The notes below the pieces were generated by a model. It was not told where the DNA came from. It searched no databases and saw only the letters and a program-made list of their open reading frames with translations. A program made the translations under genes and the position numbers. A stretch of 64,000 nt of DNA from Octopus sinensis (lineage: Eukaryota). The stretch spans positions 19,468,001 to 19,532,000 of the forward strand of contig NC_042998.1 of the NCBI RefSeq assembly GCF_006345805.1. The letters run 5' to 3'. The first letter of the stretch is position 1. Every line of letters starts with the position of its first letter. This document shows, piece by piece, positions 12,808 to 26,365 of this stretch.

Positions 12808-13449
12808 TATGTCTTCACCTCATCTTCTATACCAGCAACTTTTAAAAAGTGTATATCACAAAATAGTTCCAGTAGGATGTTAGAGATTCGTATCCTGCTG
12901 CGGTTATTCCATCGTATTAACGAAAATGTTTCTTATTTCCTTAATCTATAACGAAATATCATAGGGTTTATATACTGTGGCCGTCTATTGTATGTAACAG
13001 GGCGCTGTTTCAATCTACAGTAATCTATGCTCATATAATAAATTAAAGCTATTAATGCAACGCTGATTGTCATCACATCATGATGGAAGATATGTGCAGT
13101 CTATTTGCAGCGCCTCGAAATATAAACGTATATTCTTCGCTATATTTAAACGTTCAATGGAAACCTCGCTGGGATATAAGTGACTTTTCTTATCGAAGCA
13201 GGCAACTTCTAGGTAATAACATTAATTTGAAATGTAGAACAGAGATAATCGAAATCCATTTCCAACCCGATGAAAAGACTAGTATGAAATAATGAAAATA
13301 ATGATTAGAAAAAATGAAACTCAGAAGGAAATCTTCGTATTCTTGCCTTGAGGTGCAAGTCTTCGCGAAATCGACTGCACTTTTACGTTTTCAAGCTTAA
13401 TAATATTGGTGAAGCGGTAGTGGTTCAATCGTTTGCATCGAGTTTATTG

Positions 13450-13768
13450 CTTGATTGATACTTGTTTTATCGACCTCGATGTGATGACAAACCTCGACAC
13501 AATTTGAACTCAAAACGTAAAAACAAGACGTAATATCTGTTTTTTTATTGCCCACAAGGGGCTAAACATAGAGGGGACAAACAAGGACAGACAAACGGAT
13601 TAAGTCGATTACATCGACCCCAGTGCGTAACTGGTACTTAATTTATCGACCCCGAAAGGATGAAAAGCAAAGTCCACCTCGGCGGAATTTGAACTCAGAA
13701 CGCAACGACAGCCGCAATACCGCTAAGCATTTCGCCCGGTGTGCTAACGTTTCTGCCAGCTCGCCGCC
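13450..13768 (-). mobile_element. SINE family B: full head + body + tail 1, followed by a degenerate second unit
   Basis: Head GGCGGCGAGCTGGCAGAAACGTTAGC...GAGTTCAAATTCC with A/B-box-like motifs; tail GCCCCTTGTGGGCAATAAA. The next unit restarts at GATATTACGTCTT. Confidence 0.85.
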
Positions 13769-14214
13769 TGAACATACATTGTTATGTTACGTTGGAAATA
13801 ACAAGTATTGTGAGTCGGCCAAAATGGATCATGAATTTCTGGTAAAAGTATTTTTAACGAAAATAACTAAATGTAAATGACATATAATAAAACTACTAAT
13901 AAACAAATTAGATGTGATTCTGCGTGTCCTAGTCTCTGTGTGTATACATGTAAGCTTGTGTGTGTGTATGTGTCTGTGCGTTCATCTGACGATCCATTAC
14001 GTTTAGCCATCCAAATGAATTTGGAATATATAATGCGACTATTAATTAAGAAGCTATATGTGTGTGTATGTGTGTGTATGTGTGTGTATTCTTCTGATGA
14101 TCCATTGCTCTTATCCATCCAAAATGCCCATGGAACAATCTCTTAATGACTCCAATGCTGAAATGTACGTTGAGAACTGAATATTTATCCTGGTACTCAT
14201 CATCCTTTTCCACT

Positions 14215-14268
<54 letters not shown>

Positions 14269-15551
14269 TGTGTTCGTGTGTATGTATTCGTAGGGAGAGA
14301 TGGAGAAAGGAGGGGAGAGGAGGGAGAGACAGACAGAGACACGGACAGACAGAGAAATGTAGTGATCGCTGATGTGCGGATTTATTCTTCTGTCTAGTCG
14401 CTACGGAGACTCAAAGCTGAAATTTATGCACACAACCTTTCTCTGGTTCACAATTATTCTTGTCTAGGCACGAGGCTTTAAATTTTGGGAGCGATTCAAA
14501 TACATTTCCCCCCCCCCCGTGCTCGACCGTTATTTATTTTATCGGCTAAGAAATGATGAAAGGCAAAGTCGACTTCGGAGGAATATGAATCGAGAATGTT
14601 TACCCTGAAGAAATACTGTTATGCATTTTGGCCGACGTGATATCAATTGTGTCCACTCGCCACCTTTCAGACGTATGAAATAAATAAATATAAAGATTAT
14701 AACTGTATTTAAAATGTTGGACACATACACACACGTATACACACACATACACACACAATAACATGCATACGTCCAGAGGGACTGATACACACAAATCGTG
14801 GAAATAGAAATATTGATGAGTTAAAGAAAAGAAAATGGACACGTATTCAAATTTTCTCTTTAAGTGAAGTCTATGCTACTCCAACGCGATAAAAATTATC
14901 TTATTACAAGAAGTAATAAAAAACTGAATTTGCGTCATTACTCCTGTGATTAGAATATAATAAATTCTAGTCAGATTATCAATATCAATTCTAGGCAGAT
15001 ATCGTAGCAAATTCGGTTGATTTTTTTTTTCAAAATTTAATAGAGCCATTTTATCTTCTTAATAATTCCGCATACAAATCTGCAAATAGAATACTAAACA
15101 CTTTGTAGTAGCGAAAAGTAAGAAATATATCCACCTATGAATGTTATTTCAGTGAAATATATTCATAGAAACGAATTAAAAGCACGAATATTTATTGCTC
15201 TACCTTTAATATAGGATATTAACCAATTGCTACCAGAGAATCTAATTTTCTAATTTTCACACTTTTATAGTAAGGTGTGAAAGGATTTTTCTAGCTCTAT
15301 TATTTCAGGAACATACTTACAGAAGTAATATCCATCTTCATTCTTTAATAAACTACTATCAATTTTACGTATACGAAATATAGGCTTGTTTAAGAATAAA
15401 GACAAAAAAAAAATGAAGTTATTGAATATGTCAGTCTATGTCCAGCTTTGAAAGTGATGTGAGATGATTTCCACTGGTATCGAAGCTGAGTTGCGCAATA
15501 AATTCAGAGAATTTCTAACTAAGGCTGGTAAAGTGGTAAAGTCTAAACAAA

Positions 15552-15943
15552 GCGCAGGAGTGGCTGTGTGGTAAATAGTTTCCGTATCAACCACATGGTT
15601 ACGGGTTCAGTCTCAATGCGTGGCATCTTGGGCAAGTCACCTCTGCAATAGCCTCGGGCTGACCAAAGACTTGCGAGTGGCTTCGGTAGACGGAAACAGA
15701 AAGAAGACCGCTGTATTCATAAGTGTGTGTGTGTATGTATGTTTGTGTGTCTCTGTTTGTGCCTCTACCATCGCTTCACAACCGATGTCGGTGTGTTTAC
15801 ATCCACGTAACCTATTGGTACGGCAAAAGTGACAGGTAGAATAAGTACTAGGCTTACACAGAATAGGTTCTGGGGTCGCTTTGTTCGACTAAAGGCGGTG
15901 CTCCAGCATGGCCGCAGTCAAATGACTGAAACTAGTAAAAGAG
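15552..15943 (+). mobile_element. SINE family A
   Basis: Head GCGCAGGAGTGGCTGTGTGG...GGTTCAGTCTC; tail GGCGGTGCTCCAGCATGGCCGCAGTCAAATGACTGAAAC. Confidence 0.9.
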
Positions 15944-18697
15944 TATATATATATATATATATATATACATATGTACAATCAGCAGCGAGGTTTATCTAAA
16001 GTAACAACTTTCTTTTAAAACAGATGACGTATTATAGTATATGGTTTGTGGTTAATAATTCCTTATCGAATATTACTGGAACGGAAACTGTTGTGAATTG
16101 CAGAGTTTGTTTTTACTTTTATATCTATAAAATGACACATCTTCGTGACGGAACCCAGGGCTAAACACAATATCCATTTATATTTCATAGAATATCAGAC
16201 ACATATATTCGGAATGCAGTGTTATAAATTCTTAATTATTTGTTACCATAAGAAAGGTAAGATATCAGTCTCCATTTACAGTACACCTACGCCATACATA
16301 TTGAGCTTTTTTACCACATTGCTATTAAATTTTATGAAAAGTATAAAAAATAAAACATTGAACACGATTACAATTAAATAAAATGGAAAGTGAAAAAGGC
16401 ATCATTTAATTTCAAAATAGAATACATGTAGTAACGCTAGTTATCTTATACTCGTACATGGAGGTGACGTTTAGCTGTTATGTACGAAATAAGTTTCGCT
16501 TACCATAAAAAAATAAATATAATGATCAGTGCTTACACACGTGAAGAAATTTGCAACCCTAGACAGTAGAACTACGTCATGCCCAATAAGCTTGAAGGAA
16601 AGCGTACGTCAACGCTATCTTCGTGAACTGTGAAGTTCGGTAAGTTATCCGCATCGACCTACAGGTTGCAATACATTAATTTTTTTTTAATATAAAAACA
16701 AAATAGGGAATTTGATTACAAGTAAACGTAAGGAAAACGTAAAATGTCAGTAGTATATCTATAATGTAACAATGCCACTAGTGTCATTGCATTGTCATTT
16801 GCCTTATTAACATGGTTTTTTTATATCAGTCACTCTTTGAATCCATACACTGGTCTGACCTCTTCTTTTGGTACTAACGCTTTCTTCTCTATTATTTTAA
16901 AAAGCCCACCATAAATGTTCACTCTTTTATCTATGAACACTTTTCACCACGGTATCTGCAATCAATTATCACCAGAATTGCCGAGATTCAAATCTATATC
17001 ATATATTGCACTATCGATCATAGAATGTCAAGAACTTCTTCGATATTCTCTTTCTCCAAAAATAGTTACAGACTCTAAAGATATCAATTTGCTTATTTAA
17101 GAAGGTCTGATATAATCCTTTTGTTACTTGACATGCAAAATACTTCAAATTCAACATTTTTCCATCACCTGGAATTTTCCATTTGTGATGTGTCATGTAA
17201 TGATTAAAACCACTTTCGGGTTTTGGAACATTGGATATTATGTAATGCCAAAAATAATATGGAATATTTACAGTTGAAATGTGCTTATTAATACGTCTGT
17301 TCAACAGTGAAAACTTGGGAGTTAGCCTCAGTGAATTATATAAAAAAGAAAGTAACTATTCCTCTGAAAACAAATTAACATATAGTAAATATGGATTAGA
17401 TAACTGACTAGTATCACGATATCTATGACAATTCAGAAATGAAAAACGGAAGAAAATGGATTAATCTCCATATATTTAATCTCGAAATCGTCTCTTATAT
17501 CGTTCAGACATTAGTAAATTTAGAGGGAGAGAGAGAAGAAGGAAAGAGAGAGAGTAGAGGGGGGAGGTAAGGGAGAGTAAATAGTACGTAGTATAGTCCT
17601 AGGTATACAGGAGTAGAAGATACTTTGCTTAGGACTGGAACGTGTTCAATCATGGATCATTAATGAATTTTACGATGACTGACCCACAATCAAGTAATAA
17701 GAACGTCTTTGATATTAAATTCTCTGATTCAATGTATTTTTACTACGTAAATAATGATCGAAGCCATACAGACACCCGCAATTTACCTACCTGCAATTTA
17801 GTTCAATATAATCTTCTTTTATCTCTGAGAGCGACCGGTTTCATTTTTAGCATTCCTGTTTGTGAGAGCAGTTGAGTTTATTTCAGATATTATCATTTTT
17901 AAAATCATATCTGGCTAATCATTAAGAGAATATCGGTGTTGTCTTGGCAGAGGTTTGGGCTCTATGAGTGCTCTTGTTATTATTGACTTCACGTAAAGAC
18001 GGCGAGCCGCTAGAACCATTAAGTAAACCGGGCAAAATGTTTAGCAGTATTTCGTCCGTCTTTACGTTCTGAATTCAGATTTCCCTGAGGCCCACTTAGC
18101 CGCTTCACGTCATCGGTGCTGGCCATGTACCAAAACTTGAAACAATTATTGACTTTACGTAATACGTCGCAAAATTGTAAGCGCGCCGAACAAATACTTA
18201 GTATGTAGTCTGAATTTACCATCTGCACTCAAATTCCACCGACGGTGACTTTGTCTTTTATCCTTTGAAGATCGATAAAATAAGTATCAGTCAAGCACTG
18301 TGATCAAATTTAATCAAATAGCCCCGTCCCCAATATTTCAGGTATTGTTGTCTAGTAGAAAATATTATTAATTTCACGCTCAATGCAGCGAGTTCGCAGA
18401 AGCGGACAAATTCATTAACGCCATTACCTCCGGCATTCCGTTCTGATTTCGACTCTTAATTTCTTAGTCTATAAAATAAGTGCCAGTATAGTACTAGGGT
18501 TGATATTAATCCACTAGCAATCTACCCAAAAAATAAAATCAGCCATTTTGTATATAGTAGAAGGAATAGATACTTGCCTTCACGTGCAATATTTTCACTT
18601 TATTATCAGGCTCAGAGAGCTCAATTGCATTTATATAAAATACCCAAATTTATTTTATATTTTTACAACTATTACTTAGAGATTTATAAAATTTATA

Positions 18698-19157
18698 GGC
18701 GTGGGAGTGGCTGTGTGGTAAGTAGCTTGCTTACCAATAACATAGTTCCGGGTTTAGTCTCACTGCCTGGCACCTTGGGCAAGTGTCTTCTACTATAGCC
18801 TCGGGCCGACTAAAGCTTTCTGAGTGGATTTGGTACACGGAAAATGAAAGAATCCCGTCGTATATATGTATATATATATATATATCTATATATATGTGTG
18901 TGTGTCTCTCTGTATGTGTGTGTGTATGTGTGCGTGTGTGTGTGTGTGTGTATTTGTGTGTCTGTTTTTGTCCCACCAACATCACTTGACAATCGATGAT
19001 GGTGTGTTTATGTCCCCGTAACTCAGCAGTTCGGCAAAAGAGACCGATAGAATAAGTACTAGGGTTACAAAGAATTAGTCCTGGAGTCAATTTGTTCAAC
19101 TAAAGGCGGTGCTCCAGTATGACCACAGTCACATGACTGAAGTAAGTAAAAGAGTAA
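18698..19157 (+). mobile_element. SINE family A
   Basis: Full-length and collinear with the other copies. Confidence 0.9.
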
Positions 19158-19828
19158 ATACAAAATATAAATTTATACATAAATATATAGTCTATTTGCC
19201 TTTAATAGACAAATAGATTAATAAAAATAGTAGAGACAATTAAGTATGTTACTGTGTATAAATATATATGCGTGTGTGTGAGGCTGTTTATGTGTGTAAG
19301 GTGTGTTGCGGACCCGCATGTGTTTGTGAATTTTATCATTGTCATAACACCCTAAAATGTTTGTTGATAATGAAGGCTTCATCGAACACAAAGTCTATAA
19401 TTTAATATTGCTTACAAGAGATTACAGAAGGAAACGAAATGCGGAAAGGATAGACACAGACATACGTATGTAGATACCTACACATATATGCACATACATG
19501 AATACGTACATACATACACGTATGTATGTATGTATGTATGTATGTATGTATGTATGTATGTATGTATGTATGTATGTGCGTGTATATACCATCAGTTTAG
19601 TGATAAATTGCGAAGACACTAAGGAATATACTCTTCTTAACTAATCGCATTTACCGGACTGTTCTTGTATGATCTAGCCTGAAGGACATTAGTAAATATT
19701 AGATTCAGTCTAAAAATATAAATCATATTGAAATAGAATAGTTAGAAATGGTTTTGCTTCTTTATAATCATCCTTCCCCAAATCATTTAACTATTTCAGG
19801 ATATTTTACTGCTTCATTTTTATTAAAC

Positions 19829-20218
19829 TATATATATATATAAAGCTGAGGTTGTCTGTGTATGGCAGGTTTGGTAGCCTTCAACTAACACTGTCTCCTC
19901 CGAGACCCTGCGGCGCAAGTTCACCAAGATTGAGAGTATGATAGAAGAAGGCTTGCTCGTTATTCCGTAGGAGATAAAATTCAAATCGGATCATGTTAAC
20001 ACCCAAAATTATTTGAATCAAAAAGGTGCTTTTTTTCTATGAAAATCCATATTTTTCACGATTTTTGACTGCTGTGTCGCCATGTTTTGGTGTATTTCAA
20101 CGAGAAAAATGTTCACTTAAAGAGAATAACAAGCTAAATAATGCAAACTTTTACTTTTCAAAAATTGCAATTCTAAAGGGTAGAAACAAACCAGAGCAAT
20201 GCCAGGTGATACTGCTAG
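19829..20218 (+). mobile_element. Non-autonomous Helitron-like element (~390 bp)
   Basis: Starts CTATATATATATATAAAG..GTCTGTG and ends GCAATGCCAGGTGATACTGCTAG followed by T; no TIRs. Confidence 0.6.
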
Positions 20219-20458
20219 TTAAATTATAGATATAGCTATATTTCTGGGAAATGTCATTCTTTGTCTATATTTTTCAAGTTTTACTTTTATTCTTAAATCT
20301 CTTGTTATATATCAGGTGATACAGTTCACGTTGCAATTATCAAGTTCCAAAACATATCTTTTCAACGGTAATTACCATGCTTAATAATTATTTGATGCAG
20401 AGATATGGAAAACATTGAGTTACATATGTTTGTTATTGTCATTGAAGCTTTTGTTTAG

Positions 20459-20612
20459 GTACAAGACATCTCTGAAATATCGTCGGGGACACGAACATTA
20501 CATTCACGCAGAAGTTCAGTTGTTTCGAGGCACAATGAATCAAACGCCCCTCATTTTCAAGATGATAAACAGCGACAGGTGTGGGTCCACGCTGCCACGT
20601 TTAACAGCTCAA
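20459..20612 (+). CDS. Candidate host exon (154 bp), product unknown
   Basis: Strong ttttgtttAG acceptor and CAA|GTGAGT donor, higher GC than the flanks, two open frames (for example VQDISEISSGTRTLHSRRSSVVSRHNESNAPHFQDDKQRQVWVHAATFNSS). No recognised domain. Confidence 0.33.
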
Positions 20613-20788
20613 GTGAGTGATTACGCATGTATTTCTTTGTCAGCTTTAAATATTTTCTTCATATATTTTATCAGCTTGATATATTTTCGCTAATGGTTAC
20701 TTATAGGACGAGCAGGTATAGAACAAGTATTAACAAAACTTTCTGTTCAGCGATTTACTAAACTCCATCCGATTAAGAAGAAAGTCTG

Positions 20789-20950
20789 TTGGGCAAGTGT
20801 CCCCTACTATAGCCTCGGGCCGACTAAAGCTTTGTGAGTGGATTTGGTAGACGGAAACTGAAAGAATCCCGTCGTATATATGTATATATATATCTATATA
20901 TGTGTGTGTCTGTGTGTGTGCGTGTGTATATGTATGTGTGTGTATGTGTG
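20789..20950 (+). mobile_element. Partial SINE family A
   Basis: TTGGGCAAGTGTCCCCTACTATAGCCTCGGGCCGAC through to the internal microsatellite. Confidence 0.75.
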
Positions 20951-22135
20951 TGTGTGTGTGAAGAAAGTCTGTTGTCTCCATGTTTGACCATCTACCATTC
21001 CACCTTTTATCTATTTATCTATCTAACAATTTATCTATCTGTATCTTCACTCTAAACTTATAAATGTGTGTATAAATATGAATAAATGTGTGCATAGATA
21101 TATATATGTGAGTGTGGCTGTGTGTGTGTGTACAGATACCCATGCACGTTCTCACACGCACAGAAACCCACGCACACCACACACACACACATATATATAG
21201 ATACATATATATATATATATCTATATATGTATGTATGTATATGCATTTATATACGTACATTTTGCCAAAGGTTGATGACATCAAATAAATTAGCTTAAAT
21301 AGTGAGTTTTAAAAAGATTTTCTTTCTTTATCTATGTGTACGTGTTTTTAGGTATATATATATATAATATTTCCTTTCTTTGCGACTATTATATTTCATG
21401 CTATTAATATTTCCTGGAGGTTTTCGTTGAAGTTTCATACAGATTAGCCTGCATTTGCAAAAACAGAAATTCTATGATTTAAGTATCTTTGCTTTTAGAA
21501 GAACGAAAAAGAAACCTTATCTTCGGAGAACAAAAACCCCTTTCAGTATTAGTTTAAGTTAATGAGATTAATATATTTTTATCATTTAATATTATCATTA
21601 TGTTTTACATCGAAGTAACGTTGAGTGAGATAGCGTATATTTCTCGTCCCTAATTCCATGAATGATATTCAACTAGTAAATTGTCAGCAAGATCATTGAC
21701 ACGAAGCAAATCATTGAATGCTTGCGAGTGGGTGTTTAAAGCTAGATTATTAGAGAACCCCGAGCGATATTTTGAGGAATTAATTTTCTCCCATATTCTC
21801 ATATATTATACGCCCATATACTGTTTTAATATCGGTAAGTAATGTATATGTAAATTCATATCATATGTTAATCCTTATATATCAGTCATGATGGCTTCGT
21901 GGGGCGGTGCGAGTTTCTCAATAGATTTAAACTTCTGTTCATCGCCTAAGCAATTTCTTCTGCTTTGACTGGTTTTATGAAATTGTATGGCTATTGATGA
22001 CGCGCGGAATTTTGTTAAGTCTGAGGAGCTTTCAGAAATATATTCAATGTAAAAACAGTGTAACTGAAATTAACTGACTCACATGAGTCTTTGTTATATT
22101 CAAGAGCACTTCCTTGGTGCGGTAATACGGATGGT

Positions 22136-22515
22136 GGAGGCACAGTGGCCTAGTGGTTAGAGCAGCGGACTCGCGGTCATAGGATCGAGATTTCAATTCC
22201 TAGACAGGGCTTTGTGAGAGTGTATTGGCCGAAAACACCTAAATCTTTACAAGGCTCCGGCAGTGGGTGTGGCGAACCCTGCTGTAATTCTTTCACCACA
22301 ACTTTCTCTCACTCTTACTTCCTGTTTCTGTTGTACCTGAATTTCAAAGAGCCAGCCTTGTAACAATCTGTGTCACACTGAATCTCCCCGAAAACTACTT
22401 TAAGGGTATGCGTGTCTGTGGCGTGCTCAGGCACTTGCACGTTAATTTCACGAGCAGGCTGTTCCGTTGATCGTTTCAACTGGAACCCTCGTCGTCGTAA
22501 CCGACGGAGTGCCAC
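22136..22515 (+). mobile_element. SINE family C (tRNA-Arg-like head), tail variant 1
   Basis: GGAGGCACAGTGGCCTAGTGGTTAGAGCAGCGGACTCGCGGTC...TTTCAATTCC head; body shared with 40748 and 47195; ends ...CGTAACCGACGGAGTGCCAC. Confidence 0.85.
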
Positions 22516-22771
22516 GAATACTGATAGTATGAAAAAATCGATTTACAATCAGTGGGTTAAATTAAATTAAATTAAATACCAGTCAAATATCCTATCTGTC
22601 TTTTAGAATTGGCCATGTTGAACTATGAGGGAAGTTGTGGAGGCACTACATACAGTGTCATCCTCTCTAGAAATGGAGAAGGGTTGTATGAAGGGGTTCA
22701 CAAATTTTCATAGGTAAACTGTCCAGCCCATGCCGGCATGGACGACAGATGTTGAATGATGATGCACCCAC

Positions 22772-23116
22772 ATATTTTTTTTGACCCCCTTCGGTCAGAC
22801 ACTGACCATGGGTTTGCACCTAGAGAGTTACCCTCTGAGGCACAAGTCTGGGCAAGGTTGTTTTATGGAAGACCAGCTGTCGCCCATGCATACCGGCCTC
22901 CCCTCTCCACGTCACCGATGTTGTCCAAGGGAAAGGCAAGGGCCGATACAGCTTGGCACCTGTGACGTCGCAACTCATTTCTACAGTTGAGTGAACTGGA
23001 GCAACGTGAAATAAAGTGTCTTGCTCAAGAACAACACGCAGCCCGGTCCGGGATTCGAGCTCACAACCTCACGATCGTGAGCTCGATGCTCTAACCACTG
23101 AGCCACGCGCCTTCAC
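22772..23116 (-). mobile_element. SINE family E (tRNA-like head, TCTTGAGCAAGACACTTT central domain)
   Basis: Head GGCGCGTGGCTCAGTGGTTAGAGC...GAGCTCGAATCCC; second copy at 34897-35229. Confidence 0.85.
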
Positions 23117-23377
23117 ATATATAAGCTTGATAAATACAAGACATTAATTTGAATGATATTTTCTGTATCTAAATATGCTGATGCAACAGACACGATTGTC
23201 AGCTTTGTATGGTGAATTCAACAATTAAAAATGCGAATTTCTCTATCGGTATTTCTGTTGTTTAATACTCTGAATTTCTCAAAATTCTTCCAAATGATAT
23301 TGAAGAATTACCTTGGATGTGTTTTCTACCTGCATTTATTGGTGTTTGATTGTTTGATATAGAAAGTCAGAAAACAG

Positions 23378-23691
23378 CACAGCTCCCATGACTTCAGGAA
23401 ACATTTTTTCACGCTGAGAGTTGCTGAAGCATGGAACAAACCGCCGGCATCAGTTGTTAGTTGTCGGAGCACTGCATTCTTCAAAACTTTCATGCTTTCT
23501 GAGATTCGCCAACACTACACCTGATTTTCTCCCCTCCATACACACACAAGCATGTATCTGACTCATACACTGTTCACTTTCCAGACATTTTTACATTACT
23601 GCATGTACTTTATATGCATTTTCTGACAAGTTGTGGTGCACCTGAGCACTGTATACAATAATTTCATTATTATTATTATTATTATTATTAT
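23378..23691 (+). mobile_element. 3' fragment of a CR1/L2-group LINE with (ATT)n tail
   Basis: Translates to FRKTFFTLRVAEAWNKPPASVVSC.STAFFK, followed by a UTR and ATT repeats. Confidence 0.8.
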
Positions 23692-24157
23692 ACATAGAGG
23701 TTTTGCTTTTAAATCCCAGAAACAGATTATATGCTGTAAATATTTTATTCATGTAAATCCAGATTATCTCTTAGAAATCCTTACATTACTTACAAAGCAT
23801 TTTTGTTTACATAACACTATACAAGGCACCTATTAAATTTTTAATGATATCATGACATATGGAGTGTAATGTTTTTAGTGAACAAAAACAGTAGGGAAAG
23901 AAAGAAACATTTAATAAAATCCTACTCGATTTTAGATCAAATCCGACCGGCTTTACTTAAATTTACATCTGTGTATTGTTTCCACATCATTTTATAACGC
24001 ATCAGTAATATACTGTTCCACTACAACGTGAGAATTTATTCTAAATCTCAAATCTACAAAATGATCGGTATAATAACTAGGAGTAAACATACTTGAGATA
24101 GTAAACCAAAATGTCGTAACTAATGCTATAACAGTACTGGAAAACAAAATCCTTATA

Positions 24158-24360
24158 CGAGGGGCTGCTGAAAATTTCTTGGCTTTTTATAAAAGAAAAT
24201 ACAGGAAGATCAGTCAATTATGCTTTTATTCAACGTATTCTCCTCACAGATTTACAAATTTACAGCAGCGGTCCTCCTAAAAAAAAGGATCTGAAGTTTG
24301 AACCTCCAAGTAGACCTTTCACGATACTCTTAAAGCCAGGACATGTTCAGACCTATCTGG
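24158..24360. mobile_element. Degenerate mariner-derived MITE
   Basis: TA-cgaggggctgctgaaaatttcttggcttt on the left and a diverged inverse aaagccaggacatgttcag...gg-TA on the right. Confidence 0.45.
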
Positions 24361-24453
24361 TATATATTTCTGATGGGAAACGAAGACAGTTAGTATGGGT
24401 GTCAAGTAGGCTAGAAAAGAATTTAAATATATACATATATGTACACTCACAGG

Positions 24454-24454
<1 letters not shown>

Positions 24455-24494
<40 letters not shown>

Positions 24495-24565
24495 ACACAC
24501 ACATACACACACACACAGACACACACACACAGACATACACACACACATACACACACACACACACA

Positions 24566-24614
<49 letters not shown>

Positions 24615-24630
24615 CACACACACACACACA
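24455..24630. repeat. (CA)n microsatellite
   Basis: Direct inspection; source of several spurious VC/TH ORFs. Confidence 0.97.
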
Positions 24631-25179
24631 TATATATATATGTTCAGAGATTTATTATTGCTTGCAGACACTTTTTCGAAATCAGTGACGGAAGTTACTG
24701 GAAAAACAATAATTAAGTATTTGCAAACAGGTCTCCCTTCATCGAAAACCGGTGATTGCCGTACGCCGAAGACAGGCAAATACCTAGAAACTGCAGTCCG
24801 TGCGTATCACCTAGGTTGACGAGAGAGGGATGAACTCCCTTTGCAATACCATAAGGGCACAGAAAGTGTCCCTAAAGCGAGCTGGAGACGATGATCTCCT
24901 GGTGCTAAAAGCTACAGTAACACCCACCATTAGTGGTTAGCCATATTGAGATGGCTAGTATTCTTTACGTTATATATACTTTATTATTATGAAAGCTGCA
25001 AAAGCATCAAAGTTATCACAATATCTGCTACTCAAAGTTTCACGTTCCCGTTCGTCGGACGATTTAGATTGAGTTTTTTGCAGCTTTAATAATAATAAAA
25101 CAGATATTCGAATACTAATAAAAGAATATCTATGTATTTCTCTGTGTGTGTCCGTGCATATCCTCTTTTATGTTTTATT

Positions 25180-25236
<57 letters not shown>

Positions 25237-25355
25237 TTAATATCCGTACTTAAGACCTTCTGTTGTTTCATATACAGGCTGGCATGACTGTTGTTTTCCA
25301 GCATTTTACTTCCAAATATGATTCTCTAATATTTTAAGATACTTCTCTTTGTAAA

Positions 25356-26365
25356 GGCAGCGAGCTGGCAGAAACGATAGCACGCTGGGCGAAATGCATA
25401 GCCGTGTTTCGTCTGCCGTTACGTTCCGAGTTCAAATTCCGCCGAGGTCAACTTTGCCTTTCATCCATTCGGGGTTGATAAATTAAATACCAGTTATGCA
25501 CTGGGGTTGATATAAGCGACTTAATCCGTTTGTCTGTCCTTGTTTGTCCTCTCTATGTGTAGCCCCTTGTGGGTAGTAAAGAAATAGGTATTTCGTCTGT
25601 CTTTCCGTTCTGAGTTCAAATTCCCCCGAGGTCGACTTTGCCCTTCATCCTTTCGGGTTCGATTAAATAAGTACCAGTTACGCACTGGGGTCGATATACT
25701 CGACTTAATTCGTTTGTATGTCCTTGTTTGTCGTCTCTGTGTTTAGCCCCTTTTGTGTAGTAAAGAAATAGGTATTTCGTCTGCCGCTACATTCTGAATT
25801 GCAATTTCGCCGAGGTCGACTTTGCCCTTCATCTTTCCGGGTTCGATAAATGAAGTACTAGTTTCGTACTAAGATCGATTTAATCGACTGGCCCCCTCCC
25901 TAAAAATTTCGGGTCTTGTGCCTAGAGTAGAAAAGACAGTTTTATATTATCTCTATTTGCAAAGGTGGTGAGCTGGCAGAAACGTTAGCACGCCAGGCGA
26001 AGGGCGTAACCGTATTTCGTCTACCATTACGTTCTGAGTTCAAATTCCGCCGTGGTCGACTTTGCCTTTCATCCTTTCGGGGTCGATTAAATAATTACCA
26101 GTTATGCACTGGGGTCGATATAATCGACTTAATCCGTTTGCCTGTCCTTGTTTTTCCACTCTGTGTTTAGCCCCTTGTGGGTAGTAAAGAAATAAGTATT
26201 TCGTCTGTCTTTCCGTTCTGAGTTCAAATTCTGCCAACGTCGACTTTGCCTTTCATACTTTCAGTGTCGTTAAATTAAATACCACTTGCGTACTAGGATC
26301 GATCTAATTGACTGGCCCCCTTCCAAAAACTTTTGGGCTTTGTGCCTAGAGTAGGAAAAATTACT
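25356..26365 (+). mobile_element. SINE family B multimer cluster: a trimer (25356-25935) plus a dimer (25964-26365)
   Basis: Structure is head-body-tail1-[GTATTTCGTC body-tail1]-[GTATTTCGTC body-tail2], then head-body-tail1-[body-tail2]. The dimer is flanked by TCTATTTGCAAA direct repeats (25952-25963, 26366-26377). Confidence 0.9.

Noticed and set aside
17011-17304. 97-aa minus-strand ORF starting at TTG
   Set aside because: No domain similarity recognised; AT-rich and lacking clear exon boundaries.
22136-22210. tRNA genes at SINE heads (also 23040-23116, 40975-41050, 47195-47270)
   Set aside because: There is no closed acceptor stem or T-tract terminator, and each continues into a repeated SINE body.
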